64,000 nucleotides of DNA from Candidatus Pampinifervens sinense (GTDB lineage Bacteria > Aquificota > Aquificia > Aquificales > Aquificaceae), in the NCBI GenBank assembly GCA_037927135.1, contig JAXSPP010000004.1, positions 32,001 to 96,000 of the forward strand, written 5' to 3'. Below are positions 18,581 through 32,397 of this stretch, in pieces. The position numbers and the translations under genes were made by a program. How positions within the stretch are numbered: the first letter of the stretch is position 1; each line of letters opens with the position of its first letter. The notes under the pieces are model-generated. The model ran no database searches. It was not told the origin of the DNA and saw only the letters and a program-made list of their open reading frames with translations.

Positions 18581-18615
18581 GTAAAGATATTATGCTCGTT
18601 GAGCTGGAAAGAGAG

Positions 18616-18649
18616 AACCCTCTGCGGAAGCAGGGGGTTTTTCTTTTTT
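18616..18649 (+). terminator. Intrinsic terminator after rplL
   Basis: AACCCTCTGC-GGAA-GCAGGGGGTT followed by TTTCTTTTT. Confidence 0.85.
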
Positions 18650-18650
18650 A

Positions 18651-18685
18651 TTGACCTTGACATGCAACAAAGTATGATTTATAAT
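18651..18685 (+). promoter_or_regulatory. rpoBC promoter: consensus TTGACA-17-TATAAT plus an overlapping TTGACC-16-TATGAT
   Basis: TTGACA 18657-18662 with TATAAT 18680-18685; TTGACC 18651-18656 with TATGAT 18673-18678. Confidence 0.85.
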
Positions 18686-18719
18686 AAAAAGCTTACACCA
18701 CCGATGAGAGGGTTCTGAC

Positions 18720-21700
18720 ATGAGGAGAAGCAACGTTGCACTACCAAGGAAGTTTTTTGGTAAAAGGGAGGAGTTTATAAGCCCACCTTACCTTCTCTTT
18801 CTTCCAAAGGAATCCTTTGAATCCTTCATACAGTTTTATGTGAAGCCTCAAGAAAGGGAAAAGAAGGGATTGGAGTACGTATTTTCAACCTCTTTTCCTT
18901 TTAAGGACCCCGATGAAAAGATAATTTTGGAGTATTTAGGATACGAAGTGGGTGATTGGGAATGTAGCAAATGTGGTTATAAAGCCTATACGGACCCTGG
19001 CTTTTTGGGTGGTTATGGTGTGGAATGTCCAAAGTGTGGCACGCCTTTAGTTCACAAAGAAAAATACACAGAGGATGAGTGTAAATTGAAGGGCTTTACC
19101 TATGCAGTCCCATTAAGGGTGATGGTGAGACTAAGGACAAAAACGAAGAAGGGAGAGAGGGTGAGCGAACCCAGAAAGGTCTATTTTGGCGAGATTCCTA
19201 TGATGACAAAGACTGGATCCTTCATTATAAACGGGAGCGAGAGGGTGGTGGTAAACCAGCTTATAAGGTCTCCAGGTGTCTTCTTTGAAGAAAAGGAGGA
19301 GCGCCAAAAGGAGACAACCATTATAAGGATGATCTATAGGGCCAGCATTATCCCCGACAAGGGTCCAAGGGTAGAATTTGAGCTCTCTAGCACAACCGAT
19401 GTGCTTTCAACGAGGATAGACAAAAGAAAAGTAGGATCTACATCCATTCTTAGAGCCCTAGGCCTAGAGACGGCTTATCATATCCTAAAGAACTTCTACC
19501 CGGATACAAGGGCCTTCTTTGTTCAAGATGGTGCTATCTTTGATAAAGAAACAGGAGAGGAGTATAGACTTGAAGACCTTGAAAACTTCTATCTTTTTGC
19601 CATACTGCGCTACAGGGCTAAGATAGAGGAGAGGGGTGTGGAAGAGGAGATCATTGAGGAGAGGTATATAGAGGAGATAGACCATTTAGAGAGGCTGTTA
19701 AAGGATGATAGGATAAGGGTTGAACTTATATCTGCTGTACCAAGAGAAAGCGCCGTCAAAAGCCCCTATGGAAAGATAATGATAGAAACTCTAATATCGG
19801 AGACTGCTCCAAGGGACCAAGATAAGAAGAGCCCGCTTAAGATACCGGCAAGGTTCAGCCTTAGGGATTATGCCCTTGTGGATATATACAAGAGGTTAAG
19901 GGCTGTAGAGCCCATGATCATGGAGCTTGAGCACCTTATAAACAGGGCAAGGGCGCACTTTGACCTCTACTTTAGGGATATCACTAGGTATGACCTGTCC
20001 AAGGTGGGTAGGGTAAAGCTCAATGCGAAGGTCCACAGGATTCCAAAGGAACTAAAGCCTTCCGACCTTGACAGATTCTCCCAGCTTCCACCCTTGGCCC
20101 TTGCGGAGGATGTGGATGGTTATAAGGCTGGCACCTTACTTACAAAGGAAATGCTCTCTGAAATATTCAAGAGTAAGGAGAACATTAAAGTTAAGGATTA
20201 CACAGAAGGTGAAGCTAGGTTTTTGAGCGCCCTTGACCTTGTGAACACCATAAAGTACCTCATAAACCTAAGGTATGGAAGGGAGAAGAAGGATGATATT
20301 GCCTACCTTGGCAACAGAAGGGTTAGGGCTGTGGGAGAGCTCCTGGAAAACCAGGTTAGGGTAGGCATAGCTAAGATGGAGAAGTTCTTTAGAGACAGGT
20401 GCACTGTGGCCAATCCAGAAGACCCCAACCTTAAGCCTCAGGACCTTCTTAACCCAAGGTATTTAACAGGAGCCATATATGAGTTCCTAAAGGGTGGCAC
20501 CCTCTCCCAATACCTTGACAACACCAACCCGCTCTCTTCTTTAACACACAAAAGAAGGCTTTCTGCCCTCGGCCCTGGTGGTCTGACCAGAGAAAGCGCC
20601 AAGTTTGAAATAAGGGACGTGCATCCTTCCCACTACGGAAGGATATGTCCTATAGAGACACCGGAAGGTCAGAATATAGGCCTTGTGACCTCCCTTACCG
20701 TATACGCTCAAACTAACGAGTATGGCTTTATAGTGACCCCCTACAGAAGGGTGGAAAATGGCAGGGTGACGGACAAGGTAGAATACTTGGCTGCCTACGA
20801 AGAAGAAAATTATGTGATAGCTCAGTATACACCTACAGATGAGGAAGGTAGGATACTTAGCGATAGGGTCTATGCTAGGTATAAGAACGATATACAGATA
20901 GTGAGGGCTGAGCAGGTCCATTACATGGATGTCTCTCCAAGACAGGTAATATCCGTGTCCGCCTCCCTCATACCTTTCCTTGAGCATGATGATGCCAACA
21001 GGGCCTTGATGGGTTCCAACATGCAAAGACAGGCTGTTCCCCTCATCTTCACCTCCTCACCCCTAATAGGAACAGGTATGGAGAGAAAGGTGGCCTACGA
21101 TAGCGGTGCGGTAGTTGCGGCCAAAAGGGGAGGTGTGGTAGAGGAAGTGGATTCAAGAAGGATAATAATAAGGGTAAATCCTGAGGAGATAAACCTGGCC
21201 GATCCTACAGATATAGGCATTGATGTATATGAACTCAAAAAGTTTGAAAGGTCTAACCAGAACACCTGTATAAATCAAAGACCCCTTGTGGTAAAGGGAC
21301 AGAAGGTGAAAAAGGGTGAGCTAATAGCCGACGGACAGTCTACCGATAGGGGTGAGCTGGCCTTAGGAAAGGATGTGCTTGTGGCCTTTATGCCATGGAG
21401 GGGCTACAACTTTGAGGATGCTATAGTCATATCAGAAAGGCTTGTGAAGGATGATGTTTACACTTCCATACACATTGAAGAGCTGGAAGTGGAGGCAAGG
21501 GAGACAAGGATAGGAAACGAGGAGATCACCAGACAGATCCCTGGTGTGCCAGAAAGGGCCTTGGCTCACCTGGACGAGTTCGGTATTGTAAAGATAGGTA
21601 CCTATGTAAAGCCCGGAGACATTCTGGTAGGAAAAGTAACTCCTAAGGGAGAGGCCCAGCTCACTCCAGAGGAGAAGCTCCTCCAGGCTATCTTCGGTGA

Positions 21701-23132
21701 AAAGTCTAGAGATGTTAAAGACTCTTCTCTTAGGTGCCCGCCGGGCCTTGAAGGTGTGGTAGTGGATGTGAAGGTCTTTGTAAGGAAGACGGGTGAGAAG
21801 AGGAACTACCTTGCCGAGCATGTAGAGAGGATGGAGAGAGAAGAGCTAGAAAGAGAGCTTGAGAAGAAGAAGAAGCTCATAGTGGAGGGAAGAAACAGGG
21901 TCATAAAGGGGCTTGTGTTGGGAAGGAAGTTGGACAAGGAGGTGGTGGTCAAAAAGAAGGTTTACAAGCCTGGTACGGTCATAGACGAACAAAACTTTGA
22001 AGTGCTCTTGAACTACATAATAACGAAGCCTGAGAACTTCTTTGATGATGAGGAGCTATGCCAGAAGATAAACAGCATAAGGGATAGGACCAAGTTCCAA
22101 ATAGAGATGCTTACAAAGATCTATGAGGAGAGGATGGAGTCTATAGGCAAAAGGAGTGAGCTACCGCCAGGTGTTCATACACTGGTTAAGGTCTACATAG
22201 CCCAGAAGAGGAAGATAAAAGTAGGGGACAAGATGGCTGGAAGACACGGGAACAAGGGTGTGATATCGGTGGTTCTACCTGTGGAGGATATGCCCTTCTT
22301 GGAGGATGGCACTCCTGTAGATATAGTGCTCAATCCTTTGGGTGTGCCCTCTCGTATGAACGTAGGACAGATCTTAGAGACACACCTGGGCTGGGCATCT
22401 AAGGAGCTGGGTAAAAAGATAGGCAAGCTTATAGAGGAAGGTGCTAAAAGGCATGAACTTATGGAATTCTTAAAGAAGATCTATGCGGTGGGGGACCACA
22501 AGGGAGAGAACGAAAGGTATATAGAGGAGTTCTTGTCTGGCTTGAGTGATGAGGAGTTTATGGATGTGATGAGGCTGTATGCGGAAAAGGGCATACCTAT
22601 GGCAACGCCAGCCTTTGAGGGTGCCAGCGAAGAGCATATAAAGGAACTCCTAAGGATGGCCGGCCTCCCAGAGGATGGTAAAACGGTCCTCTACGATGGT
22701 AGAACGGGTGAGCCCTTTGATATGAGGGTGACTGTAGGCTACATGCACATGCTTAAACTCATACACATGGTGGATGATAAGATACACGCAAGAAGCACAG
22801 GCCCTTACTCCTTGGTCACCCAGCAGCCCCTTGGTGGAAGGGCACAGTTCGGTGGTCAAAGGCTTGGAGAGATGGAAGTTTGGGCCTTGGAAGCCCATGG
22901 TGCAGCCCACACCTTACAGGAGATGCTCACGGTCAAATCGGATGATATAGAGGGAAGGACAAGGGTCTATGAAGCTATAGTTAAAGGTAAGTATATCTAT
23001 CAGCCCGGAATACCAGAGTCCTTTAGGGTCCTTGTACGTGAGCTAAAAGCCCTTGGCCTCAATGTAAAGTGTGAAAACGGGGTTTCCATGCCCTGTGATC
23101 AAGTAGAGATTGAGGAGGAGGAGAAGCCATGA
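18720..23132 (+). CDS. rpoB: RNA polymerase beta subunit
   Basis: [40 protein letters not shown]. Confidence 0.99.
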   Translation: MRRSNVALPRKFFGKREEFISPPYLLFLPKESFESFIQFYVKPQEREKKGLEYVFSTSFPFKDPDEKIILEYLGYEVGDWECSKCGYKAYTDPGFLGGYGVECPKCGTPLVHKEKYTEDECKLKGFTYAVPLRVMVRLRTKTKKGERVSEPRKVYFGEIPMMTKTGSFIINGSERVVVNQLIRSPGVFFEEKEERQKETTIIRMIYRASIIPDKGPRVEFELSSTTDVLSTRIDKRKVGSTSILRALGLETAYHILKNFYPDTRAFFVQDGAIFDKETGEEYRLEDLENFYLFAILRYRAKIEERGVEEEIIEERYIEEIDHLERLLKDDRIRVELISAVPRESAVKSPYGKIMIETLISETAPRDQDKKSPLKIPARFSLRDYALVDIYKRLRAVEPMIMELEHLINRARAHFDLYFRDITRYDLSKVGRVKLNAKVHRIPKELKPSDLDRFSQLPPLALAEDVDGYKAGTLLTKEMLSEIFKSKENIKVKDYTEGEARFLSALDLVNTIKYLINLRYGREKKDDIAYLGNRRVRAVGELLENQVRVGIAKMEKFFRDRCTVANPEDPNLKPQDLLNPRYLTGAIYEFLKGGTLSQYLDNTNPLSSLTHKRRLSALGPGGLTRESAKFEIRDVHPSHYGRICPIETPEGQNIGLVTSLTVYAQTNEYGFIVTPYRRVENGRVTDKVEYLAAYEEENYVIAQYTPTDEEGRILSDRVYARYKNDIQIVRAEQVHYMDVSPRQVISVSASLIPFLEHDDANRALMGSNMQRQAVPLIFTSSPLIGTGMERKVAYDSGAVVAAKRGGVVEEVDSRRIIIRVNPEEINLADPTDIGIDVYELKKFERSNQNTCINQRPLVVKGQKVKKGELIADGQSTDRGELALGKDVLVAFMPWRGYNFEDAIVISERLVKDDVYTSIHIEELEVEARETRIGNEEITRQIPGVPERALAHLDEFGIVKIGTYVKPGDILVGKVTPKGEAQLTPEEKLLQAIFGEKSRDVKDSSLRCPPGLEGVVVDVKVFVRKTGEKRNYLAEHVERMEREELERELEKKKKLIVEGRNRVIKGLVLGRKLDKEVVVKKKVYKPGTVIDEQNFEVLLNYIITKPENFFDDEELCQKINSIRDRTKFQIEMLTKIYEERMESIGKRSELPPGVHTLVKVYIAQKRKIKVGDKMAGRHGNKGVISVVLPVEDMPFLEDGTPVDIVLNPLGVPSRMNVGQILETHLGWASKELGKKIGKLIEEGAKRHELMEFLKKIYAVGDHKGENERYIEEFLSGLSDEEFMDVMRLYAEKGIPMATPAFEGASEEHIKELLRMAGLPEDGKTVLYDGRTGEPFDMRVTVGYMHMLKLIHMVDDKIHARSTGPYSLVTQQPLGGRAQFGGQRLGEMEVWALEAHGAAHTLQEMLTVKSDDIEGRTRVYEAIVKGKYIYQPGIPESFRVLVRELKALGLNVKCENGVSMPCDQVEIEEEEKP

Positions 23133-26100
23133 AAAAAGGTCTTTTACCTTTTGAAAGAATAAAGCTTATGCTTGCTTCTCCTGAAGAAATTAGAAGCTGG
23201 AGCTATGGTGAGGTCAAAAAGCCAGAGACCATAAACTACAGGACCCATAAACCGGAAAAGGATGGCCTCTTTTGTGCCAAGATCTTTGGCCCTATAAAGG
23301 ATTATGAATGCCTGTGTGGTAAGTATAGGGGTAAGCGTTTTGAAGGAACTATATGCGATCGTTGTGGAGTGGAGGTTACAAGGTCTTATGTGAGGCGTCA
23401 AAGGTTTGGTCATATAGAGCTGGCAGCGCCAGTGGCCCACATATGGTTCCTAAAGAGCACACCTTCCAAGATTGCCACCCTTATGGGCCTTTCCGTTAGG
23501 GAGGTAGAAAGGGTCATATACTTTGAGTCCTACCTTGTAATAGAGTATCCTATGGACGAGGAGGAAGAAAAGGCCTTCAGAGAACAGGAGGATACCATAC
23601 CCCTAAGGGACGATATGGGCAATGTCAAGTTTGTAAAGCTCCATGTGGTGGATGAGGACACCTATAATGCAGAGTTTGCCACAAGCCTTGAGCACAAGTA
23701 TGAAGGTGGAATGGGTGCGGAGATAGTCAAGAAAGTTTTGGCTTCTTTAGACCTTGAGGCCTATGCCCAGAAGTTGAAGGAGGAGGTAAAGCCCTACAGC
23801 TTTGGCTTTGAAGATCTCTCGGAGGAAGTCTATCAAAAGTACAAGAAGCTCTATGAGCGAATGATAAAGGTGCTTGCAGAAGACCTAAACCTTTACGGTG
23901 CAGATATAAAGGTTCCTGAAGGCCTAACTCTAAACGAAGTACTCCACAGGATCATCTGTAACAAGCTTTACCTCAACCCAGATACGGGCGAGGTCTCAGA
24001 GGAGCCCCTTGAAGGCTATCAAACGGGAAAGGAGGCCATACAAGCCTATTATGAAAGGCTACGTCAAAGAAAGAAGGACTTGCCCGTCTTTGAAAAGATA
24101 AAGCTTGACATCAGGAATGCGGTGCTCAAGGAGGTATCGGAAACAAAGGTCAAAAAGCTTCTAAAGGTTCTAAAGCTTGTGGAGGACTTTATAAAGAGTG
24201 GAAACAGACCAGAATGGATGATACTTGAGGTGCTTCCTGTATTGCCACCAGAGCTTAGGCCTCTTGTGGCCTTGGATGGTGGAAGGTTCGCCACCTCAGA
24301 CCTGAACGACCTCTACAGAAGGATCATAAACAGGAACAACAGGCTAAAGAGGCTCATAGAGCTGGACGCTCCAGAGATAATCATAAGGAACGAAAAGAGG
24401 ATGCTACAAGAGGTGGTATCAGCACTCATAGACAACGGCAAGCGTGGGAGGGTGATAACACAGAACGGAAGACCGTTAAAGTCCTTGTCCGATTATTTGC
24501 GCGGTAAGCAGGGAAGGTTCAGGCAAAACTTGCTTGGAAAGAGAGTGGACTATTCAGGAAGGTCTGTTATAGTGGTGGGTCCTGAGCTCAAGATGCATCA
24601 ATGCGGTCTTCCGAGGATAATGGCCCTTGAGCTCTTCAAACCATTCGTTTACAGAAGGCTTGAAGAGAAAGGTTATGCCACTTCAATAAAGCATGCTAAA
24701 AAGTTGGTAGAGCAGAAGACTCCGGAAGTTTGGGAGTGTTTGGAAGAGGTGGTCAAACAGCATCCAGTGCTTCTCAACCGTGCACCAACCCTTCACAGAA
24801 TGTCCATACAGGCCTTTGAACCTGTCCTTGTGGATGGAAAGGCCATACAGCTTCACCCCTTGGTGTGCCCACCTTTCAATGCGGACTTTGATGGAGACCA
24901 GATGGCCGTTCATGTACCCTTGGGTATAACAGCCCAGCTTGAGGCCTACATCCTTATGCTCTCCACCCAAAACATCCTCTCTCCAGCCCATGGAAAGCCC
25001 ATAACCATGCCCTCTCAGGACATGATACTTGGCGTCTACTACATGACGCAGGAAGTACCTAACGTAAAGGGAGAGGGTAAGCTCTTCTTCAGTAGGGATG
25101 AGGTTCTTTTGGCCCTTGAAAACAAGAAGGTTGATATGCATGCAAGGATAAAGCTTAGGTTGGAAGATGGAAGGGTTATAGAGACCACACCGGGAAGGGT
25201 GCTCTTCAACAGCATACTTCCAGAAGGCTATCCTTTTGTGAACGAGGCCCTAGACAAGAAGAAGATCTCCAAGTTGATAGCCGATGTGTACAAGAGGTTT
25301 GGTGTAGAGAGGACTGCCCAATTCCTGGATGACCTTAAGGACCTTGGCTTCAAGATAGCCACGCAGGCGGCCGTATCTATAGGAATAGATGACCTACTTG
25401 TGCCAAAGGTAAAGAAGGATATAATCCTTGAGGCCTTTGAGCAGACTGACGAGATAGCCGAGCTCCACAGAAGCGGTATAATCACCGCAAAGGAAAGGTA
25501 TAACAGGATCATTGACCTCTGGTCTGAGATCACAGACAAAGTTTCTAAAGCCATGTTTGAAGAGATTGAAAAGAGCACCATTGAGGAGAGGGGTAAGGTC
25601 TATCCAGGTATATTCAATCCCATATACATGATGGCCAACTCTGGAGCCCGCGGAAACAGGGATCAAATAAGGCAGCTTGCTGCGATGAGAGGACTTATGG
25701 CAAAGCACACGGGTGAGTTTATAGAGACACCTATAGTATCCAACTTTAGAGAAGGTCTTTCCGTGCTTGAATACTTTATCTCCACTTATGGAGCTAGGAA
25801 AGGTCTTGCGGACACAGCTCTCAAGACCGCCTTTGCAGGATATCTCACCAGAAGGCTTGTAGATGTAGCTCAAGATATCACCATAGTGGAAAAGGACTGT
25901 GGTACTTATAAGGGTATAGTGATGGAGGCTATAGTGGAGGGTGGTGAAGAGAAGGTGCCTCTGAGGGAGAGGATCATAGGAAGGACCTTGGCGGAAGATG
26001 TGATAGATCCATATACCGGTGAGGTCATAGCTCAAAGGAACCAGATAATAGATGAAGAGTTGGCAGATAGGATAGTCCATGCGGGTATAGAGAAGGTAAG

Positions 26101-27826
26101 GGTGAGGTCGCCGCTCACCTGCGAGTCTCAATACGGCGTGTGTGCAATGTGCTACGGATGGGACCTCTCTCAAAGGAAGCTTGTGGATATAGGTGAGGCG
26201 GTGGGTATCATAGCCGCTCAGTCCATAGGAGAGCCTGGAACACAGCTCACCATGAGAACCTTCCACATAGGCGGTGCTGCTATAGCGGAAAGGGCAAAGG
26301 GTGAGCTTTTAAACGAGAACGCTGGAAAGGTTAAATACTACAACATAAAGCTTATAACCAACAGGGAAGGAAAGAAAATAAACATATCCAAGGATGGCGC
26401 TATAGGTATTCTGGACAAAGACGGCAGGATGGTGGAGCGCCATGCGGTGCCTTACGGTGCTAGCATACTCGTTGAAGAAGGTCAAGAGGTACAAGAGAAC
26501 ACCCTTTTGGCAGAATGGGATCCATTCAACACTTACATAATAGCGGAAGAGGGTGGAAGGGTTGAATTCAAGGACATAGCCCTTGATATAACCGTTAAGG
26601 AAGAGCGCGATCCGTTTACCGGTAAGACCTCCACCGTAGTATCCTTCACAAGACCAAAGGATGCTATGCTCCATACACCCAAGATAGTGATACACACAGA
26701 AGATGGAAGAGAGGTCTCTTACGACCTTCCGGTGAACTCCATAATAAACATACCCGCAGATAAGGTAAGCTTAGAGTGGATTGTTTGCCCCACATGTAGT
26801 GAATCGGAAGGCACGGAGATACAGCACAGATACTACGTGGTAAAGGATTACTATGTACAGCCCGGTGACGTGCTCGCGCGTATTCCAAAGGAGATGGCTA
26901 AGGTGCGCGACATTGTGGGTGGTCTGCCAAGGGTAGAAGAGCTCTTTGAGGCAAGAAGACCTAAGAACCCGGCCATACTCACAGAGATTGACGGTATTGT
27001 CAGGATCTTTGAAGATGCTGATGAGGTCATCATCTTCAATCCGAAGACTGGTGAGACTAGAAAGTACGATATAAAGAAGGATGAGTATATACTTGTGAGC
27101 CACGGTCAGTACGTTCAAAAAGGTGCCAACATCACAGACAGCATAAAGGCGGACATAGAAGGACAGGTAAGGATAAAAGGTAAGGGCTATAGGATAGTGG
27201 TGTACAACAAGGAAACTGGTTTGCAAAGGGAGTACTTTGTGCCAAAGGGTAAGCACCTCCTTGTGAAGAACGGTGATACGGTGAAGGCTGGAGATCCTCT
27301 AACTGACGGAACACCCGTACCTGAGGAGATCCTGAGAATAAAAGGTATGGAAGAGCTCCAAAAGTTCCTGCTCAAAGAGGTGCAAATGGTCTATAGACTA
27401 CAGGGTGTAGATATAAATGACAAGCACTTTGAAATAATCATACGTCAGATGCTAAGACGTAGACGTATAGTGGATCCTGGAGACAGCAGATTCCTTGTAA
27501 ACGAAGAGGTAGAGATAGAAGAACTTCAGAAGGAGATAGAGAGGATAAAGGAAGAGGGTGGAAAGATACCAAAGGCGGAACCCATACTGGTGGGTATATC
27601 AAAGGCAGCCCTAACCTCCAGAAGCTGGATCTCTGCCGCATCCTTCCAAGAGACAACAAAGGTGCTAACCGATGCAGCCTGCGAAGGAAAGGTGGATGAC
27701 CTGAGAGGTATAAAGGAGAACGTGATCATAGGAAACCTAATACCTGCAGGAACGGGTATAGCGGAGTATGCTGAGGTAGAAGTGTTGGAAGAGGAGAAGG
27801 CAAGAATGCTAAAGGATGTGTTATAA
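23129..27826 (+). CDS. rpoC: RNA polymerase beta' subunit
   Basis: NADFDGD catalytic motif, N-terminal zinc finger, [13 protein letters not shown]. Confidence 0.99.
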   Translation: MKKGLLPFERIKLMLASPEEIRSWSYGEVKKPETINYRTHKPEKDGLFCAKIFGPIKDYECLCGKYRGKRFEGTICDRCGVEVTRSYVRRQRFGHIELAAPVAHIWFLKSTPSKIATLMGLSVREVERVIYFESYLVIEYPMDEEEEKAFREQEDTIPLRDDMGNVKFVKLHVVDEDTYNAEFATSLEHKYEGGMGAEIVKKVLASLDLEAYAQKLKEEVKPYSFGFEDLSEEVYQKYKKLYERMIKVLAEDLNLYGADIKVPEGLTLNEVLHRIICNKLYLNPDTGEVSEEPLEGYQTGKEAIQAYYERLRQRKKDLPVFEKIKLDIRNAVLKEVSETKVKKLLKVLKLVEDFIKSGNRPEWMILEVLPVLPPELRPLVALDGGRFATSDLNDLYRRIINRNNRLKRLIELDAPEIIIRNEKRMLQEVVSALIDNGKRGRVITQNGRPLKSLSDYLRGKQGRFRQNLLGKRVDYSGRSVIVVGPELKMHQCGLPRIMALELFKPFVYRRLEEKGYATSIKHAKKLVEQKTPEVWECLEEVVKQHPVLLNRAPTLHRMSIQAFEPVLVDGKAIQLHPLVCPPFNADFDGDQMAVHVPLGITAQLEAYILMLSTQNILSPAHGKPITMPSQDMILGVYYMTQEVPNVKGEGKLFFSRDEVLLALENKKVDMHARIKLRLEDGRVIETTPGRVLFNSILPEGYPFVNEALDKKKISKLIADVYKRFGVERTAQFLDDLKDLGFKIATQAAVSIGIDDLLVPKVKKDIILEAFEQTDEIAELHRSGIITAKERYNRIIDLWSEITDKVSKAMFEEIEKSTIEERGKVYPGIFNPIYMMANSGARGNRDQIRQLAAMRGLMAKHTGEFIETPIVSNFREGLSVLEYFISTYGARKGLADTALKTAFAGYLTRRLVDVAQDITIVEKDCGTYKGIVMEAIVEGGEEKVPLRERIIGRTLAEDVIDPYTGEVIAQRNQIIDEELADRIVHAGIEKVRVRSPLTCESQYGVCAMCYGWDLSQRKLVDIGEAVGIIAAQSIGEPGTQLTMRTFHIGGAAIAERAKGELLNENAGKVKYYNIKLITNREGKKINISKDGAIGILDKDGRMVERHAVPYGASILVEEGQEVQENTLLAEWDPFNTYIIAEEGGRVEFKDIALDITVKEERDPFTGKTSTVVSFTRPKDAMLHTPKIVIHTEDGREVSYDLPVNSIINIPADKVSLEWIVCPTCSESEGTEIQHRYYVVKDYYVQPGDVLARIPKEMAKVRDIVGGLPRVEELFEARRPKNPAILTEIDGIVRIFEDADEVIIFNPKTGETRKYDIKKDEYILVSHGQYVQKGANITDSIKADIEGQVRIKGKGYRIVVYNKETGLQREYFVPKGKHLLVKNGDTVKAGDPLTDGTPVPEEILRIKGMEELQKFLLKEVQMVYRLQGVDINDKHFEIIIRQMLRRRRIVDPGDSRFLVNEEVEIEELQKEIERIKEEGGKIPKAEPILVGISKAALTSRSWISAASFQETTKVLTDAACEGKVDDLRGIKENVIIGNLIPAGTGIAEYAEVEVLEEEKARMLKDVL

Positions 27827-27827
27827 T
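27819..27827 (+). promoter_or_regulatory. Extended -10 (TGtTATAAT) for the rpsL operon; contains the rpoC stop codon
   Basis: TG-T-TATAAT 23 nt before the rpsL ATG; SD AGGAGG follows. Confidence 0.6.
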
Positions 27828-27850
27828 AAATAGCTTAGGAGGTTTGGCGC

Positions 27851-28264
27851 ATGCCTACCATAAATCAGCTGGTAAAGTATGGAAGGGAAAAGAAGAAGAG
27901 GAAGAGTAAGGTACCCGCTTTGCAGGGCAACCCTCAAAAGAGGGGGGTGTGTATACGTGTCTACACAGTTACACCCAAAAAGCCCAACTCTGCTCTAAGA
28001 AAGGTTGCTAGAGTGAGGCTTTCAAACGGTATTGAGGTCACAGCCTACATACCGGGAGAGGGACACAACCTTCAGGAACACTCCATCGTTCTTGTAAGAG
28101 GAGGAAGAGTAAAGGACCTGCCTGGTGTGAGGTATAAGATAATAAGGGGTGCCCTTGATGCTGCTGGAGTGGCCAACAGAAGACAATCCAGATCTAAGTA
28201 TGGAGTGAAGAAGCCTAAAGCTACACAGCAAGCACAACCTCAAGCCAAAGGAGGTAAGAAGTAA
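27851..28264 (+). CDS. rpsL: 30S ribosomal protein S12
   Basis: [19 protein letters not shown]. Confidence 0.99.
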   Translation: MPTINQLVKYGREKKKRKSKVPALQGNPQKRGVCIRVYTVTPKKPNSALRKVARVRLSNGIEVTAYIPGEGHNLQEHSIVLVRGGRVKDLPGVRYKIIRGALDAAGVANRRQSRSKYGVKKPKATQQAQPQAKGGKK

Positions 28265-28746
28265 TGCCTAGAAAAGGTCCAGTCCCTCCCAGAGAAATAC
28301 CACCCGATCCTAAATACGGCGATGTGTTGGTACACAAGCTTATAAACAAGGTGATGAAGGATGGTAAAAAGTCTGTGGCCGAATGGATAGTCTATACTGC
28401 CCTTGAGGAGGCTGCCAAGGAAGCCAACATGCATCCTGTGGAACTGTTGCACAAAGTGGTGGAGAAGTTAAAGCCGGAGTTTGAAGTGCGCCCAAGAAGG
28501 GTAGGTGGAGCTACCTATCAGGTGCCTGTGGAGGTTCCACCAAGAAGACAGATAAGCTTGGCCATAAAGTGGCTGGTGGAGGCTGCAAGGGAAAGGCCAA
28601 GGCACAAAGGAAGCTACACTATGATAGAGAGGTTGAAGGCTGAACTCCTTGATGCGCTTCAAGATAAGGGTGGAGCCATAAAGAAGAAAGAGGAAACCCA
28701 TAGGATGGCTGAAGCCAACAAAGTTTTTGCTCACTTCAGATGGTAA
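28264..28746 (+). CDS. rpsG: 30S ribosomal protein S7
   Basis: [19 protein letters not shown]. Confidence 0.99.
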   Translation: MPRKGPVPPREIPPDPKYGDVLVHKLINKVMKDGKKSVAEWIVYTALEEAAKEANMHPVELLHKVVEKLKPEFEVRPRRVGGATYQVPVEVPPRRQISLAIKWLVEAARERPRHKGSYTMIERLKAELLDALQDKGGAIKKKEETHRMAEANKVFAHFRW

Positions 28747-28756
28747 GGAGGAAGCC

Positions 28757-30841
28757 ATGCCTAGGTTAGTACCAATAGAGAGATTAAGAAATATAGGTAT
28801 AGTGGCTCATATAGACGCTGGAAAAACCACCACCACAGAGAGGATACTTTACTACACTGGAAAGACCTATAAGATAGGTGAGGTTCATGAGGGAACGGCC
28901 ACTATGGACTGGATGCCCCAGGAGAGGGAAAGGGGCATAACCATCACAGCCGCTACTACCGCATGTTATTGGAAGGATCACCAGATAAACATAATAGACA
29001 CTCCTGGACACGTAGACTTCTCCGTGGAAGTAGTTCGTTCTATGAAGGTTTTGGACGGAATAATCTTCATATTCTCCGCTGTGGAGGGCGTTCAGCCCCA
29101 GTCGGAGGCCAACTGGAGATGGGCTGATAGGTTTAAGGTTCCAAGGATAGCCTTCATAAATAAGATGGACAGGCTTGGAGCCGATTTCTACAGAGTCTTG
29201 AATGAAATTGAGAAGAAGTTAAGCATAAAGCCTGTGGCCATTCAGATACCTCTGGGAGCGGAGGACAACTTTAGAGGTGTGATAGACCTTATGGAGATGA
29301 AGGCCATAATATGGCTTGAGGAGACCCTGGGTGCCAAGTATGAAACAGTTGATATACCACCGGATTATATAGAAAGGGCTCAAGAGTGGCGATCCAAGAT
29401 GGTTGAGGCTATAGTGGAAAAGGATGACGAGCTTATGATGAAGTATCTGGAGGGTGAAGAGATACCAAAGGAGGATCTAAAGAGGGTATTAAGGAGGGCT
29501 ACGATAAACAGGGAGCTGGTGCCTGTTCTTTGTGGATCGGCCTTTAAGAACAAAGGCATCCAACCCCTTTTGGACGCCGTTATAGACTATCTTCCTTCTC
29601 CTTTGGATGTGCCACCTGTAAAGGGTATAAACCCCAAAACAGGTCAGGAGGAAGAAAGAAAGCCGCTGGATGAGGAGCCCTTCTGTGCTTATGTGTTCAA
29701 GGTGATGAGTGATCCTTATGCCGGTCAGCTCACCTACTTTAGGGTCTTCTCTGGAAAGGTTTCTGCAGGAACCTATGTCTACAATGCCACAAAGGACAAG
29801 AAGGAAAGGATTGGAAGGCTCCTTCTTATGCATGCCAACTCAAGGGAAGATGTGCAAGAGGCTGCCGCCGGTGAGATAGTGGCCGCCGTTGGTATGGATG
29901 CTACCACCGGTGATACTATTTGTGATGAAAAGCATCCTATACTCCTTGAAAAGCTAGAATTTCCAGAGCCTGTTATCTCAATGGCTATAGAACCAAAGAC
30001 GAAGAAAGATCAAGAAAAACTCTCTCAAGTGCTAAACAAGTTTATGAAAGAAGACCCAACCTTTAAGGTGAGTGTAGATCCAGAGACCGGACAAACGCTT
30101 ATCCACGGTATGGGTGAGCTTCATCTGGAAATAATCGTAGACAGGATGAAACGGGAATATGGAATAGAGGTCAATGTGGGCAAACCGCAGGTGGCATACA
30201 AGGAGACCATAAAGGGTAAGGCTGTGGCTGAGGGCAAGTTTATACGTCAGACGGGAGGTAGGGGTCAATACGGGCACGTGGTCATAGAGATAGAGCCTTT
30301 AGAAAGGGGTCAAGGCTTTGTGTTTGAAAATGCTATAGTGGGTGGTGTAATACCTAAAGAGTTCATACCCGCTGTGGAGGAAGGTATAAAGGAGGCTATG
30401 CAGAATGGAGTATTGGCGGGATATCCGGTGGTGGATGTGAAGGTAAGATTGTTTGACGGATCTTACCACGAGGTGGACTCTTCAGACATAGCCTTCAAAA
30501 TAGCCGCTTCCATAGCCTTTAAGGAGGCGGCCAAAAAGGCAGGCCTTGTCCTTCTTGAACCTATAATGGAAGTGGAAGTGGAAACACCGGATGAGTATGT
30601 GGGAGATGTCATAGGAGATATAAACTCCAGGAGAGGGAAAATAGTTGGTATGGAAAATAAAGGAGTTATAACGGCTATAAGGGCCTATGTGCCCCTTGCC
30701 GAAATGTTTGGTTATGCTACCACCCTTAGGAGCTTGACACAGGGAAGAGGAACGTTTATAATGAAATTTTCTCATTATGAAGAAGTTCCCCAGAATATTG
30801 CAGAACAGATCATAGGGGAACGTATGGCGACAGCAAAGTAA
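28757..30841 (+). CDS. fusA: Elongation factor G
   Basis: [27 protein letters not shown] 28757 follows SD AAGGAGG. Confidence 0.99.
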   Translation: MPRLVPIERLRNIGIVAHIDAGKTTTTERILYYTGKTYKIGEVHEGTATMDWMPQERERGITITAATTACYWKDHQINIIDTPGHVDFSVEVVRSMKVLDGIIFIFSAVEGVQPQSEANWRWADRFKVPRIAFINKMDRLGADFYRVLNEIEKKLSIKPVAIQIPLGAEDNFRGVIDLMEMKAIIWLEETLGAKYETVDIPPDYIERAQEWRSKMVEAIVEKDDELMMKYLEGEEIPKEDLKRVLRRATINRELVPVLCGSAFKNKGIQPLLDAVIDYLPSPLDVPPVKGINPKTGQEEERKPLDEEPFCAYVFKVMSDPYAGQLTYFRVFSGKVSAGTYVYNATKDKKERIGRLLLMHANSREDVQEAAAGEIVAAVGMDATTGDTICDEKHPILLEKLEFPEPVISMAIEPKTKKDQEKLSQVLNKFMKEDPTFKVSVDPETGQTLIHGMGELHLEIIVDRMKREYGIEVNVGKPQVAYKETIKGKAVAEGKFIRQTGGRGQYGHVVIEIEPLERGQGFVFENAIVGGVIPKEFIPAVEEGIKEAMQNGVLAGYPVVDVKVRLFDGSYHEVDSSDIAFKIAASIAFKEAAKKAGLVLLEPIMEVEVETPDEYVGDVIGDINSRRGKIVGMENKGVITAIRAYVPLAEMFGYATTLRSLTQGRGTFIMKFSHYEEVPQNIAEQIIGERMATAK

Positions 30842-30852
30842 GGAGGTAAGCG

Positions 30853-32070
30853 ATGGCGAAGGAGAAGTTTGTGAGAGAAAAGGAGCATGTGAACGTAGGA
30901 ACCATAGGGCACGTAGACCATGGCAAATCTACCCTTACATCAGCCATTACATGCGTGCTTGCAGCTGGGCTAATGCCTGGCGGTAAGGCAAGGTGCACCA
31001 AGTATGAGGAGATAGACAAGGCACCGGAAGAGAGGGAAAGGGGAATAACCATAAACATCACCCACGTGGAGTATGAGACACCCAAGAGGCACTATGCCCA
31101 TGTGGACTGTCCTGGGCATGCGGACTACATAAAGAACATGATTACTGGTGCTGCTCAGATGGATGGTGCCATACTGGTGGTATCTGCTGCTGATGGGCCG
31201 ATGCCACAGACGAGGGAACATGTGCTTTTGGCAAGGCAGGTGAACGTACCATACATAGTGGTATTTTTGAACAAGTGTGATATGGTAGATGATCCTGAAC
31301 TTTTAGATCTTGTGGAGCTTGAGGTGAGGGAGTTATTAAACAAGTATGAGTTTCCTGGAGATGAGGTGCCAGTGATAAGGGGTTCAGCTTTAGGGGCGTT
31401 GCAGGAGCTTGAGGCTGGCAAGCCTGACAAGTGGTGTCAATCAATAGTGAAGCTATTGGAGGCCATAGACGAGTACATACCCACACCGCAGAGGGAAGCG
31501 GACAAGCCATTTTTGATGCCTATAGAGGACGTGTTTTCCATATCTGGGCGTGGAACGGTTGTGACAGGGAGGGTAGAGAGGGGTACATTAAAGCCTGGAG
31601 AGGAGGTAGAGGTAGTAGGGCTAAGGGAGGAGCCCATAAGGACAGTGGCCACATCAATAGAGATGTTTAGGAAGGTGTTGGATGAGGCATTACCTGGGGA
31701 TAACATAGGAGTGTTGCTTAGGGGGTTGGGTAAGGATGATGTGGAGAGGGGGCAAGTGTTGGCGAAGCCTGGAACGGTGAAGGCACACAGGAGGTTCAAG
31801 GCACAGGTGTATGTGCTAACCAAGGAGGAAGGAGGAAGGCATACACCATTTTTTGTGAACTACAGGCCACAGTTTTACTTTAGGACGGCGGATGTGACTG
31901 GTACTGTGGTGAAGTTGCCTGAGGGACAAGAGATGGTGATGCCTGGGGACAATGTGGAGCTTGAGGTAGAACTTGTCAAGCCTGTGGCTATGGAGGAAGG
32001 GCTAAGGTTTGCCATAAGGGAAGGTGGAAAGACTGTTGGAGCGGGTGTAGTCACAAAAATTATTGAGTGA
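30853..32070 (+). CDS. tuf: Elongation factor Tu (copy 2)
   Basis: Protein identical to that of 14054-15271. Confidence 0.99.
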   Translation: MAKEKFVREKEHVNVGTIGHVDHGKSTLTSAITCVLAAGLMPGGKARCTKYEEIDKAPEERERGITINITHVEYETPKRHYAHVDCPGHADYIKNMITGAAQMDGAILVVSAADGPMPQTREHVLLARQVNVPYIVVFLNKCDMVDDPELLDLVELEVRELLNKYEFPGDEVPVIRGSALGALQELEAGKPDKWCQSIVKLLEAIDEYIPTPQREADKPFLMPIEDVFSISGRGTVVTGRVERGTLKPGEEVEVVGLREEPIRTVATSIEMFRKVLDEALPGDNIGVLLRGLGKDDVERGQVLAKPGTVKAHRRFKAQVYVLTKEEGGRHTPFFVNYRPQFYFRTADVTGTVVKLPEGQEMVMPGDNVELEVELVKPVAMEEGLRFAIREGGKTVGAGVVTKIIE

Positions 32071-32080
32071 GGTGTAAAAG

Positions 32081-32395
32081 ATGGAGCAGGAGGTAATAAG
32101 AATAAAGTTAAAGTCTTACGACCATAGGCTATTGGATCAGTATGTGAAACAGATAATAGATACTGTGAAGAGGACGGGGGGTGTGGTGAAAGGGCCCATC
32201 CCCCTTCCCGTTCGCAGAAGAAGATGGGTGGTGCTAAGGTCTCCACATAAGTTTGATCAGTCTAGAGAGCATTTTGAAATAAGAGAACATAGAAGGATAA
32301 TAGATATAACAAAGGCCACAGCTCAAACTATAGAATCTTTAAGAGACCTAACCCTACCAGCGGGTGTAGATGTAGAACTAATAATTGGGAGATAG
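32081..32395 (+). CDS. rpsJ: 30S ribosomal protein S10
   Basis: [19 protein letters not shown]...SREHFE. Confidence 0.98.
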   Translation: MEQEVIRIKLKSYDHRLLDQYVKQIIDTVKRTGGVVKGPIPLPVRRRRWVVLRSPHKFDQSREHFEIREHRRIIDITKATAQTIESLRDLTLPAGVDVELIIGR

Positions 32396-32397
32396 CC

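Noticed and set aside
25394-26266. 290-aa antisense ORF within rpoC
   Set aside because: Composition reflects reverse-strand codon bias; no recognisable motifs. The same applies to other shadow ORFs across rpoBC and the r-protein genes.
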